A program made the position numbers and the translations under genes. A stretch of DNA of 32,535 bases, taken from positions 1 to 32,535 of the IMG/VR virus record IMGVR_UViG_3300004209_000001, one strand, 5' to 3'. Source of the DNA: a virus. The number at the start of each line of letters is the position of its first letter. The stretch's first letter is position 1. Under the pieces are notes generated by a model. That model made no database searches. It was not told the origin of the DNA and saw only the letters and a program-made list of their open reading frames with translations. Of the stretch, positions 17,372 through 25,792 are shown piece after piece.

Positions 17372-17378
17372 AAAAAAA
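17372..17378 (-). terminator. Oligo-T tract (T7 on minus strand) between the two capsid genes; candidate archaeal terminator/attenuator
   Basis: AAATTATTTTTTTATAGG in the 38-nt spacer after the MCP stop. Confidence 0.4.
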
Positions 17379-17395
17379 TAATTTGATGACCTATT

Positions 17396-18202
17396 TTACA
17401 AGGTCATCTTTGCGACTGCATTGTCATCAAGTACTGCAGGTGCTACTCTTTCAGTAATTGTTACTCCAGCAGCAAGATCTCGCAATGGATCTGTGAAGTT
17501 CTCTGTTGAGAGAGGTCTTCTTTCAACCAATACACAAGCTCTGCTGTCTAAAGCAAGAATTGTGCCTGGTTCTACTGCAGTGGTTTCAACTACTTGAAGT
17601 CCAGCAACATTTCCTATGATTCCTGTCTCGTCAAGCCTGTCAAATGCCTTATAGCCCTTACTGATAAGATCTTTTTCAAGCTTTGCCAAGTCATCAGGAT
17701 GTGCAACAAGCCATGCTGCTTTGTAGCTGTGTCTATTGACTCCATTTCTCAGGGTGACAACGTCTTCCTGAACAAATTGTCCTGCAGTCTTTGGCGAGAC
17801 TGTATTCGATGTGTTCATCAATACTCGGAAGATTTCTTCATCTTCTTTTCTTGCCACATCTTCTGCAGCCATGTCAGCTTTCAATCTGACAACATCAAAG
17901 GCAGAATCTTCGATGGCTTCTTTTGGAATAGCAAACGCTTTTCCGATCTTATATGGTGTTACAACAACTTCGTTGAAAGTGCTGACATCCATAGGGATTG
18001 CTCCCAGTTCTGGAATCACATATGCTTGTCCTGCTCCCATCTTAGGGATTTTCAGTGCAGATCCTTCACTCAGGGTTATGAGTTTCACGATCTTTCTTCC
18101 TACTCTTTCTCTGCCTGCAACCTTAAACACGTTGGAGTCGATGACTTCCTTGATGAGAGGTGCAGCGTCTTGGCTCGAAAATAGTTCTTGCATTGTTTTC
18201 AT
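17396..18202 (-). CDS. Major capsid protein (HK97 fold)
   Basis: PYKIGKAFAIPKEAIEDS, spine helix VARKEDEEIF, LVAHPDD, IGNVAGLQVVET; follows protease-scaffold-decoration; strong RBS GAGGAGG. Confidence 0.92.
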   Translation of the reverse strand: MKTMQELFSSQDAAPLIKEVIDSNVFKVAGRERVGRKIVKLITLSEGSALKIPKMGAGQAYVIPELGAIPMDVSTFNEVVVTPYKIGKAFAIPKEAIEDSAFDVVRLKADMAAEDVARKEDEEIFRVLMNTSNTVSPKTAGQFVQEDVVTLRNGVNRHSYKAAWLVAHPDDLAKLEKDLISKGYKAFDRLDETGIIGNVAGLQVVETTAVEPGTILALDSRACVLVERRPLSTENFTDPLRDLAAGVTITERVAPAVLDDNAVAKMTL

Positions 18203-18218
18203 TTTGCCTCTCCTCCTC

Positions 18219-18593
18219 TTATTTCACGATTTTTACAGGAATCTTCCTTGTCACTGGGCTACCGCCAGTCGAGTTGTCTATCTTCTCGTATGCTTTGGCC
18301 ACTGCGACTCCTGTGTTTTTTGCTTGCAGTGTTGCGTTGTCTTTGACTTCAAGTTCATCCCCGACATTCAGGATTGCTGAAGCTGCGACTGATACATCCA
18401 CATAGAATGTTCCGATGCATCCAATTGATGCAGGGTTTCCTTGTGGTGTGTCTTTTAGGCAGACTCCAAGTATGTCTGCTTGTGCAGATGCTGGCTGGAC
18501 TGTTAGTCCAACAAGCTGTCCTTTGGTAAGGTTTCCTGTTGCAACGAGCATGCTTGGATTCTTTCCGTCGTCAATCATGATATCATATGTCAT
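18219..18593 (-). CDS. Head decoration / cement protein (DUF2190/gpD-like)
   Basis: ATGNLTKGQLVG...ILGVCLKD...G pattern; directly upstream of the MCP. Confidence 0.7.
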   Translation of the reverse strand: MTYDIMIDDGKNPSMLVATGNLTKGQLVGLTVQPASAQADILGVCLKDTPQGNPASIGCIGTFYVDVSVAASAILNVGDELEVKDNATLQAKNTGVAVAKAYEKIDNSTGGSPVTRKIPVKIVK

Positions 18594-18606
18594 TTTGATT
18601 CACCTC

Positions 18607-19086
18607 TTAGTTCTCCATTCCCAGTACTGATGCAATTTCTTTTCGCTTGTCAGTTGCCTGGTTTGAATTGTTGATCAGGGACTTTCTGTCGCCTATGCTT
18701 TTGTGTAGATCAAGCATTCTTTTTGTCTGCTTTGCATATGCTTCAAATCCGCCCTTGTCGTCAAGTGCTCTCAGTTCATTGAGTCTTTGCTCTTTGTTTG
18801 TTTCAAGCACTCCAAGCTTTTCTTCAGCATCGATTATTTCTTTCAATGCGATGTCTCTTGCAGCTTGTTTTATCTGCTTGAGTTCAGTTGTTACTGTTTC
18901 AAAATCTTTCATCAACTTCTCGTGCTTTGCTGTCAGTTCCGAGATAAGTTTGTCCTTTGAAGATATTTCCTGATTTAGCATTGCAATATCTTGTTCTTTT
19001 GCTGCAAGCTCTTCAGCGGCTTTCTTCAATAGGGTTTTAGCCTGTTCAATTTCTTTGACTTCCGCCATTTTGATCATTGCCTCCAT
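18607..19086 (-). CDS. Capsid scaffolding protein
   Basis: E/K/A-rich coiled coil between protease and decoration/MCP. Confidence 0.75.
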   Translation of the reverse strand: MEAMIKMAEVKEIEQAKTLLKKAAEELAAKEQDIAMLNQEISSKDKLISELTAKHEKLMKDFETVTTELKQIKQAARDIALKEIIDAEEKLGVLETNKEQRLNELRALDDKGGFEAYAKQTKRMLDLHKSIGDRKSLINNSNQATDKRKEIASVLGMEN

Positions 19087-19666
19087 TTTCTATCGGGTTG
19101 ATTCTTGCATCTTTGCATGCAGGTTCATCAACAAGACTTAATTCTTTAAATTCGAGATTGCGAGCTATTTGGACTCCATTCTCCTCGACATTATCTATCA
19201 ACACACCAACACTCACAGATTCGATGAGGTTGTTCAGAAGTTTCTGAATTATGTCCCCATCGGTTACAATTGCTTCAAATTCTATCCATTTCTTTGGAAC
19301 TATCCATGTGGATTTGATTACTTTTCCAACGATGTCTCTCGTGCTGGTTGAGTGATCTATTCTCAAAGGTTTGTTTCCAAGACCGATATATGCTTTTTCA
19401 AGTTCTTCTGCTGGATAGAATATGCCATTCCATGTGCCTTCACTTATTGCAATTCCTGATATCCTCAGGTTTGAGCCTTCTGCAAGGACTTGATGGATCT
19501 TAAATTCAGAAAGATGTATGTGTTCAAGCTGTCGTGAAAGTGATTTAGTTACTTGGATCTGGCCGTTATTAGCGAGAAAATTCTCTATCATCTCTTTAGA
19601 ATCTTCCTTTTTCGTTTCTACTGAGTTGATGAACTCGTAAATTTCTTTAATAAGTAATTCAGCCAT
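19046..19666 (-). CDS. Prohead maturation protease (HK97/U35-like)
   Basis: ISGIAISEG...NGIFYP...PLRIDH (His)...SVSVG (Ser)...ELSLVDEPA. Confidence 0.88.
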   Translation of the reverse strand: MAELLIKEIYEFINSVETKKEDSKEMIENFLANNGQIQVTKSLSRQLEHIHLSEFKIHQVLAEGSNLRISGIAISEGTWNGIFYPAEELEKAYIGLGNKPLRIDHSTSTRDIVGKVIKSTWIVPKKWIEFEAIVTDGDIIQKLLNNLIESVSVGVLIDNVEENGVQIARNLEFKELSLVDEPACKDARINPIENGGNDQNGGSQRN

Positions 19667-19731
19667 ATGTTCTCAAATCTGTTTTTTTCTTAATATTATT
19701 TTAGTAGATGTTAAGAACGAGGGATAAATAC

Positions 19732-19765
19732 CGAAACATTCTTATATATTAGTATATTCTAATAT
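19732..19765 (+). promoter_or_regulatory. BRE/TATA promoter with overlapping 7-6-7 inverted repeat (candidate ArsR operator)
   Basis: CGAAACATTC-TTATATA (TATA 19742-19748); ATATTAG(19746-52)-N6-CTAATAT(19759-65); ATG at 19772 implies a near-leaderless mRNA. Confidence 0.65.
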
Positions 19766-19771
19766 GTTTAT

Positions 19772-20077
19772 ATGAATAAGATATATGAACTGCATGCTGA
19801 AATGTGCAAAGTATTTTCAAACCCTACAAGACTCGAGATACTCAATTTGTTAAGAGATAAGGAAATGTCAGTCACAGAACTTATTCAAAAAACAAATCTA
19901 AGTCAAGCAAACATATCACAGCATCTCGCAATCATGAAATATAAAGGAATTGTAACATCAAGAAGAAATGGGAAAAACATTCATTACAAAATTACAAATC
20001 CAAAAATTATAACTGCATTTGATATTATTAGAGAAGTCTTGTCCCAAAGATTAAAAAGCAGAAAAAATGGAGGATAA
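19772..20077 (+). CDS. ArsR/SmtB-family winged-helix regulator
   Basis: CKVFSNPTRLEILNLL...SVTEL...LSQANISQHLAIM...GIV...RRNGK. Confidence 0.93.
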   Translation: MNKIYELHAEMCKVFSNPTRLEILNLLRDKEMSVTELIQKTNLSQANISQHLAIMKYKGIVTSRRNGKNIHYKITNPKIITAFDIIREVLSQRLKSRKNGG

Positions 20078-20082
20078 AAATC

Positions 20083-20394
20083 ATGGAAAAAGACAAACAA
20101 ATTATGATCTGGATTCTTGCAGGAATAATAATCCTAATGCTTGTCTTCGGAAACTATTTTGGAACTGGAGGATATGGGATGATGGGCTTTGGTATGGGCT
20201 TCGGAATGATTTTTATGATACTATTCTGGGGCGCATTAATATGGCTCGTTGTAACACTTGTTAATCAGTCTCAATCCCACACCAATCAGAACCGAAGAGA
20301 TGAAGACGCAATTGAAATACTCAAACGAAGATATGCAAAAGGCGAAATCTCAAAAAAAGAATATGAAAAAATGAGAAAAGAACTCATCAGGTGA
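20083..20394 (+). CDS. SHOCT-domain membrane protein
   Basis: Two TM segments, a Gly/Met-rich loop, and C-terminal DAIEILKRRYAKGEISKKEYEKMRKEL. Confidence 0.9.
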   Translation: MEKDKQIMIWILAGIIILMLVFGNYFGTGGYGMMGFGMGFGMIFMILFWGALIWLVVTLVNQSQSHTNQNRRDEDAIEILKRRYAKGEISKKEYEKMRKELIR

Positions 20395-20723
20395 AAAATA
20401 TGAAAATAGGAATTGTCATTGGAACAAACGAGCCAGAAGTGGTCTGGAATGCATTTAGATTTGGGGTAACTGCATTGAAATCAAATCATGAAGTCAAAGT
20501 ATTTCTCATGAATAAAGGAGTCGAAGCAGAAGATATTAAAGATGAAAAATACGATGTCAAGGAACAGATTGAACAATTCATGACAAGTAATGGCCATATA
20601 CTTGCGTGTGGGACTTGCCTTAAAGCAAGACAAAAAGGAGAAAGTCAAGTGTGTCCTATATCAACAATGAAAGATTTGCTTGCAATGGTTGAAAGTTCAG
20701 ATAAACTTTTGACGTTCGGATAA
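20391..20723 (+). CDS. DsrE/DsrF-like sulfur-relay family protein
   Basis: WNAFRFG...VKVFLMNKGVE...ILACGTCLKAR...STMKDL...SDKLLTF; GTGA overlap with the SHOCT gene. Confidence 0.88.
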   Translation: MKNMKIGIVIGTNEPEVVWNAFRFGVTALKSNHEVKVFLMNKGVEAEDIKDEKYDVKEQIEQFMTSNGHILACGTCLKARQKGESQVCPISTMKDLLAMVESSDKLLTFG

Positions 20724-20724
20724 A

Positions 20725-22767
20725 TTATTCAGAATTCAATAAACTTACAACCCATCCACACCTGCATCGTGGATGAACTGGGATGATTCCTTCAGCTAAG
20801 TGGATAGAAATGTTTTGATTGCTTGATGATAATTCAATGCATTGTTCGCATGCATCTGGATTGACGGACATCTGCAGGTTAGCAACTCCGAGTTCTTTGA
20901 AAGATTGAATATTTCCCTCAATAAATGCTCTCTGTAGTTCTGTTCTTGCGATGAGTTCTGCTCTTGTTCCTATGCTGTTAAATCTGTCAGCAGTACCGCC
21001 ATATTTCTCAAAGATAGTCTCGATGTCTTCTTTTAGTTGTCTTGCTCCTTTCCTGGCCATTATGCCATCACGTATTGCTATTTGCGTGGCATTAAGAAGA
21101 TCCTCGTTCACTTTATTGGCTAATTGACTGGATCGTAAATCAAGAGCTCTGATAGCTTGTTCGTTAATTGTGCTTTTGACTTTTATTCCTGCAACTTGTG
21201 GATATTGTTTCTTGATAAAATTCTCTCCAAGTTTTATTCCTTGTTTGAATTTCTTTTTAGAATCGATGAATATGGCAGCAACAAGTGCATCTCTTTCAGG
21301 TCCTAGAAGTTCAGAATCAATAAGAATATCTTCTCTCGCCATGGATTGATTCTCATCTTGCGTATTGAAGTCTATTTCTTTGATTATCTTAGATCTTGCC
21401 TTATCCATTACTTTATTGATCTTGTGAGTTAGTATTTGCTGATCTGCGATGAATCTTGACCTTATGGGAAGTGATAATTCTTTGAGTATTCCTCCAAAAT
21501 CAAGTTCTTCTGTTATTTTGAAATGAAAGTCGGTGTCGGGAGTTATCATCAAATCCTTATCGTTTAGGAATTGAGAAAAAAAGTCTCCTGACTGATCAGG
21601 AAAGGGTTGCTCATCCTTGGGGGGTGTAGAAATAGGTTCTAAGCCCATATCCTGCCTGACTTCATCAGGAGTTAAAACGCCATATTTCAAGTAGATCTCT
21701 CGCTCTTGTGCAAGTTCAAGATCTGATTTAGTTTGTAATGAATTAAAGATCATAAATACAGGACATTCGTCAAGTCCAATTACTTTCGTGAATAATTCTT
21801 TGTGCAGTGTTTCTGCAACAAGGCTCTGGATTCCTGCGATGTATAAAAAGAAGTTTTCTTGTTGAGAAACTGATGATGATCTATTGCTATATTCTCCGCT
21901 TCCTAAGAGAATTGTTTGAGGAACACCTGTCCCTGCAACAATCTGGTCTATGAAATATTTAAGATAACTTTCTCCACCTTTTAGTCCTGGAGCTTCCAAT
22001 ACTTTAATGTCATAATAATAGGGCGTAACGAATTCTGATTTAGAATTTATCCGTTTGTACTTCTCTGATTCTTCAGTTACTTGATCTCCTGTTGGTTGAT
22101 GTTCACTATCTCCAAGCTTTACATGAAATTGTGGAAATCCATGACGATAAACTGCTTCTGCAAGTCCTATCTCTATGTTTCGTTTAGCTTCTATTATCTT
22201 AGCAAGTGGCTCAATTACGCCAGTGCCTGTAAGAGAATCAGCAATAGTATTAATCCTGAAATGAATTATTTGATTTGGAGCAAGGTCTATCTTCTTCGCA
22301 TTTACTGTCTGAACAAATCCTGTTATGTTTCCACTCTCGTCAAGATCCAACTCTCCTGTACTTTTCTTTTTGAAAGCGATTGTCTTTGGATCAATTAATG
22401 CAAGACCTACAACTTTCTTTTTGTCAGTTCTTGAATAAACAATTTCAAGATATGCATTTCCATAAATATGTAGATGCCTGACGATATCCGTTAATAGTTT
22501 TGGAAGTCCGACAGAATTATCAAGAGTTATAATCTTGTCTTTCATCTCTATATTTTCATCAGTGTTTTCAGAAAGAACGTATTCGTATCCTTTGGATATT
22601 GCGAATGTGCTTATGATATTGATTGCTTGAAATACGAGCTGGTCTGTTTTATAGATATTTTCAAGTTTTGAATAGTTTACACTACTGTAATCTATTGTCG
22701 TGGCTGTTTGTCTTACTCCCTCATTTACTTTGGAGAGCACCATTAATGCTTTGTTTTCATTCTCCAT
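20725..22767 (-). CDS. Portal protein fused to a C-terminal MuF (SPP1 gp7-like head morphogenesis) domain
   Basis: Portal: HLHIYGNAYLEI, LIDPKTI, IIHFR, GTGVI, GVPQTILLG, GVLTPDEVRQDMGL. MuF: RAELIARTEL...CEQC...IPVHPRCRC. Confidence 0.9.
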   Translation of the reverse strand: MENENKALMVLSKVNEGVRQTATTIDYSSVNYSKLENIYKTDQLVFQAINIISTFAISKGYEYVLSENTDENIEMKDKIITLDNSVGLPKLLTDIVRHLHIYGNAYLEIVYSRTDKKKVVGLALIDPKTIAFKKKSTGELDLDESGNITGFVQTVNAKKIDLAPNQIIHFRINTIADSLTGTGVIEPLAKIIEAKRNIEIGLAEAVYRHGFPQFHVKLGDSEHQPTGDQVTEESEKYKRINSKSEFVTPYYYDIKVLEAPGLKGGESYLKYFIDQIVAGTGVPQTILLGSGEYSNRSSSVSQQENFFLYIAGIQSLVAETLHKELFTKVIGLDECPVFMIFNSLQTKSDLELAQEREIYLKYGVLTPDEVRQDMGLEPISTPPKDEQPFPDQSGDFFSQFLNDKDLMITPDTDFHFKITEELDFGGILKELSLPIRSRFIADQQILTHKINKVMDKARSKIIKEIDFNTQDENQSMAREDILIDSELLGPERDALVAAIFIDSKKKFKQGIKLGENFIKKQYPQVAGIKVKSTINEQAIRALDLRSSQLANKVNEDLLNATQIAIRDGIMARKGARQLKEDIETIFEKYGGTADRFNSIGTRAELIARTELQRAFIEGNIQSFKELGVANLQMSVNPDACEQCIELSSSNQNISIHLAEGIIPVHPRCRCGWVVSLLNSE

Positions 22768-22798
22768 TTTTATTCAGCAGTTATTTTTTAGGAGACTC

Positions 22799-23122
22799 TT
22801 ATTTAACTAATATCAGAAGTCCGTTTTTTTCTTTATAATATTTCTTTACAAAGGAATCATCAAGCACATATAGTCTTACAAACCTGCTTCCTGAAACATT
22901 CTTATCCACATATGATTGAAAGACAGTAAGTGATGCCTTTACAGGAAATCGAGATAATATGTGACCGAGAGCTTTTGGATTCTTTACTCCGCTTTTTTGA
23001 TTAAACTTTGAAATGTACTCGTAGATATGGAATGCGCTTCTTTTTCTTGGATAGAAATAAAGTAGTGCTTGCATTATTTTCTTATCTCTTCTGCTTAGTT
23101 TTTCTGGATCGAACATTTTCAT
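22799..23122 (-). CDS. Small basic hypothetical protein (possible winged helix)
   Basis: Between TerL and portal; start near ATG 23122 after RBS GGAGGT; Lys-rich. Confidence 0.5.
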   Translation of the reverse strand: MKMFDPEKLSRRDKKIMQALLYFYPRKRSAFHIYEYISKFNQKSGVKNPKALGHILSRFPVKASLTVFQSYVDKNVSGSRFVRLYVLDDSFVKKYYKEKNGLLILVK

Positions 23123-23135
23123 CATTACCTCCTTT

Positions 23136-24608
23136 TTACCTGACAATGCTTGTGACAAATCCTGCGGCTTGACTTACTTTCTTTGCAGATTCTCCTGCAT
23201 AAACGAAAGCAATAGGAATATCAGGATGCACTCCTATCTCTATGATCTTGCCATCTTCAAGTGCAAAGCTTCTGAATTCCTGCTCGAGAATCTCGTATCT
23301 TTCCTTCGCCTCATCACTTCCATAAGGTATGATAACTTGATTGTTTTCAAACCAAGTCGTCATCCTTAATATCGCATTTGTTTTAGAGATAGAATTGTCA
23401 GTGTCTCTCGATCCTGTTCTTAGAAGTCTAATTGGAAGACCTAACGATTGAAGATCTTTACTTATGGCCATGATGCTGTTTTCTTCTAAGGCCATTATGT
23501 CATAATCGTAAATCGCATGTAATTCTCTTAATTTATCGACTTGTTGTTGTCCTGTTAATCCTTGAGCTCTGAAATAATTGCACAAGACAAATCTTCCATC
23601 GTGGAGTCTTGCGAGAGTTAGAAATACAGAATAGTTTGCATTCTTTCTTTCAGAAAACGCAAAGTCAGCACCGCAAGTAAGAAGCGTTACATTGAATCCG
23701 TATCTTTTAAGATCCTGCCTATTTCTAATCAAGTCAATAGAATCACTTCTTGCCCTTAGCAACCATTCTCTTTTGAATATGCTGCTCTGATCATCTATTG
23801 GATTAAGCATGTACTCGCACTGAAATCTTAAAGATCCAATAGTTTCTTTTATCCTCAATAATTCATCAAAGGATCTTCTTTTAGGAGAGAGAACTTTCTT
23901 TTGTTCAAAGTCAAGTATTGCTGGATATGCCTTGAAATTAAATTGCTTGTTAGATTTCAAATCAAAGAGTATATCTGAAAATCTGAGCGGAGTTCCTATA
24001 ACTGTGATATTGCCTTTCTTTGCTGTTGAACAATTGAATACTGCAGAATAAAACTTGTTGATTGTTTGCTTATCACTTAATGTACTGTCCTCTGTGATTA
24101 TATCATCACATACAATTCTATCAACGTGCAGTCCTCTCCATTTTCCTGCAATACTTCGAGCATGAATTATTGCATCATTCTTCAAGACTATTTTTTTGGA
24201 ATTCCAAGAGCTTAGACTGACATTCTTATCAGCTCCTTCTGGCTTAAACTCTGAATTAAGATAAGGACTAACATAGAAGAAGAACTTAATCCTGTCGAAG
24301 AGTTCATTGGTTTGATCCCCACTTACGCTTGCGATTATTTGCTCGTGATGAGTATCATATACTGCATAGTAAATTGTAATCCATACCGTAAACATCTCAC
24401 TTTTACTGTGTCCTCTTGGAGCTTCTATTGCATTATAAAGATGATCTTGCTCTTGTTCAAACCATTCCTTGTAGTAATCTTCTTCCTCGAAGTGCTGTTC
24501 CATATAAGGAGCGAGGTATCTCTTTACAAATCCTATGAAGTTCAGATAAATCGACTCTTTGAAACTGTCAAAGAGAGCTTTTTCAATTGGACTGTTTGGC
24601 AGATTCAA
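23136..24608 (-). CDS. terL: Terminase large subunit
   Basis: Walker A APRGHSKS, RGLHVDRIVCDDI Walker B, IGTP, nuclease GADFA; TTG start after GGAGG. Confidence 0.95.
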   Translation of the reverse strand: MNLPNSPIEKALFDSFKESIYLNFIGFVKRYLAPYMEQHFEEEDYYKEWFEQEQDHLYNAIEAPRGHSKSEMFTVWITIYYAVYDTHHEQIIASVSGDQTNELFDRIKFFFYVSPYLNSEFKPEGADKNVSLSSWNSKKIVLKNDAIIHARSIAGKWRGLHVDRIVCDDIITEDSTLSDKQTINKFYSAVFNCSTAKKGNITVIGTPLRFSDILFDLKSNKQFNFKAYPAILDFEQKKVLSPKRRSFDELLRIKETIGSLRFQCEYMLNPIDDQSSIFKREWLLRARSDSIDLIRNRQDLKRYGFNVTLLTCGADFAFSERKNANYSVFLTLARLHDGRFVLCNYFRAQGLTGQQQVDKLRELHAIYDYDIMALEENSIMAISKDLQSLGLPIRLLRTGSRDTDNSISKTNAILRMTTWFENNQVIIPYGSDEAKERYEILEQEFRSFALEDGKIIEIGVHPDIPIAFVYAGESAKKVSQAAGFVTSIVR

Positions 24609-25179
24609 TTGCAGCCCTCCATTCTTGCATCACTTCAGGATGTTTATTAAGAACTTTCAAAGTTACATCTTTGAATATTTGAAATTCTATCGAGAAATTA
24701 TTGATTTGTACATTGATGGTTTGTTCTTTTGGTGTTCGGTATTTAGTTTCTTTTATCTTGAGAAAAAGCAAGACAAAATTTTCCATCCTCTTTTGATCAT
24801 TCGCAGTAAGGTTTTTTAGATGAATCATCTGCATTTGTTTGTTGATAAAATCATCATATTCTTCTTCTGAAGTAAAAGTCAATGCAGACATTAAATGCAT
24901 ATAATTCGGGATGTCAATGATCTTGCACGCAGCTTTCGGATCTTCAGGTTTATACGCATTGCATCTACTTCTAAATATGCAATTATTACAATGAGGTATT
25001 CGTTTTGAATATCTTCCATCTACCATTGAATTGGATGAGTTTGCAATTCTTCTCTTTTCTGACATTGTTTGCCCACCCTTAACACTATCATCTTTTGTGA
25101 AGATGTGCTGTTTGCCATTGAATCTGTCCAGTCGTGAGTTCAGAGGGCTCGTCTGAGGGCTCGTTTCATTTTCCATCAT
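24583..25179 (-). CDS. Probable terminase small subunit with Cys cluster
   Basis: Directly upstream of and overlapping TerL; GGQ motif, HCNNC...RC...AC, VQINNF near the C-terminus; start near ATG 25179 (RBS AGGTGG). Confidence 0.6.
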   Translation of the reverse strand: MMENETSPQTSPLNSRLDRFNGKQHIFTKDDSVKGGQTMSEKRRIANSSNSMVDGRYSKRIPHCNNCIFRSRCNAYKPEDPKAACKIIDIPNYMHLMSALTFTSEEEYDDFINKQMQMIHLKNLTANDQKRMENFVLLFLKIKETKYRTPKEQTINVQINNFSIEFQIFKDVTLKVLNKHPEVMQEWRAAIESAKQSN

Positions 25180-25792
25180 TGACCACCTTACTTTCAGAAG
25201 CAACTAATCTTTTGCAGATTTCAACAAGTGCTTTATTCTTATCAGTAGCATTTTCTGCAAGATCTAAAGCATCCATTACAATCTGTTTTTCAGTTTCCTT
25301 TATGATAAAAGTTAGAACAACAGGAGCTTCTCTTTGCTCTTTCTCCTGCATTTCTTCTATTTGCTTCTGTACATTAGCAGGTAGGCCAAGAAGATCCATT
25401 CTATCTTTGAGTTCTCCCTGATTGAATACAGTGAGTTTCTCAATGTCTTGGAGAGTGTACCTATCATGTATTTGCTTGAACATTAAGGCTTCTTTGTATG
25501 GATTATGACTGCCGTGTATGTTAGCGTTTAAGGTATCAACCATCGCTTCTGTTACATCAATCTCATCAACTATACAATCCACTTCAGTATAGCCAAGTTC
25601 TTTGCAAGCTCTAAATCTGTGAGCTCCATCAACAATGATATATCTCTCACCGTTCTTTCTTACTTCAATCGGCTTTCTGAATCCCTTTCTCTTAATGTTC
25701 TGGACAAGTTTCAAGTAATGATTCTCATCCATCTCATTAGGATTGTACTCATTCTCATCAATCAAATTCACAGATATTTTTTCAGTTTTCAT
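25166..25792 (-). CDS. ParB/sulfiredoxin-fold protein
   Basis: ENEYNPN...LVQNIKRKGFRKPIEVR...YIIVDGAHRFRA. Confidence 0.88.
   Translation of the reverse strand: MKTEKISVNLIDENEYNPNEMDENHYLKLVQNIKRKGFRKPIEVRKNGERYIIVDGAHRFRACKELGYTEVDCIVDEIDVTEAMVDTLNANIHGSHNPYKEALMFKQIHDRYTLQDIEKLTVFNQGELKDRMDLLGLPANVQKQIEEMQEKEQREAPVVLTFIIKETEKQIVMDALDLAENATDKNKALVEICKRLVASESKVVNDGK

Noticed and set aside
17594-18973. Plus-strand ORFs of 81-196 aa over the capsid, decoration and scaffold genes
   Set aside because: Antisense shadows of well-supported genes.
19772-20077. Calling the ArsR a BigR/SqrR persulfide sensor
   Set aside because: It has only one Cys and lacks the two-Cys arrangement of those proteins; the ligand cannot be assigned.
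20067-20264. 65-aa ORF overlapping the SHOCT gene
   Set aside because: Alternative frame; the 20083 frame has the SHOCT motif and better RBS spacing.
25143-25164. Tandem GAGGGCTCGT repeat
   Set aside because: Only encodes TSPQTSP in the TerS N-terminus; too short for an array.
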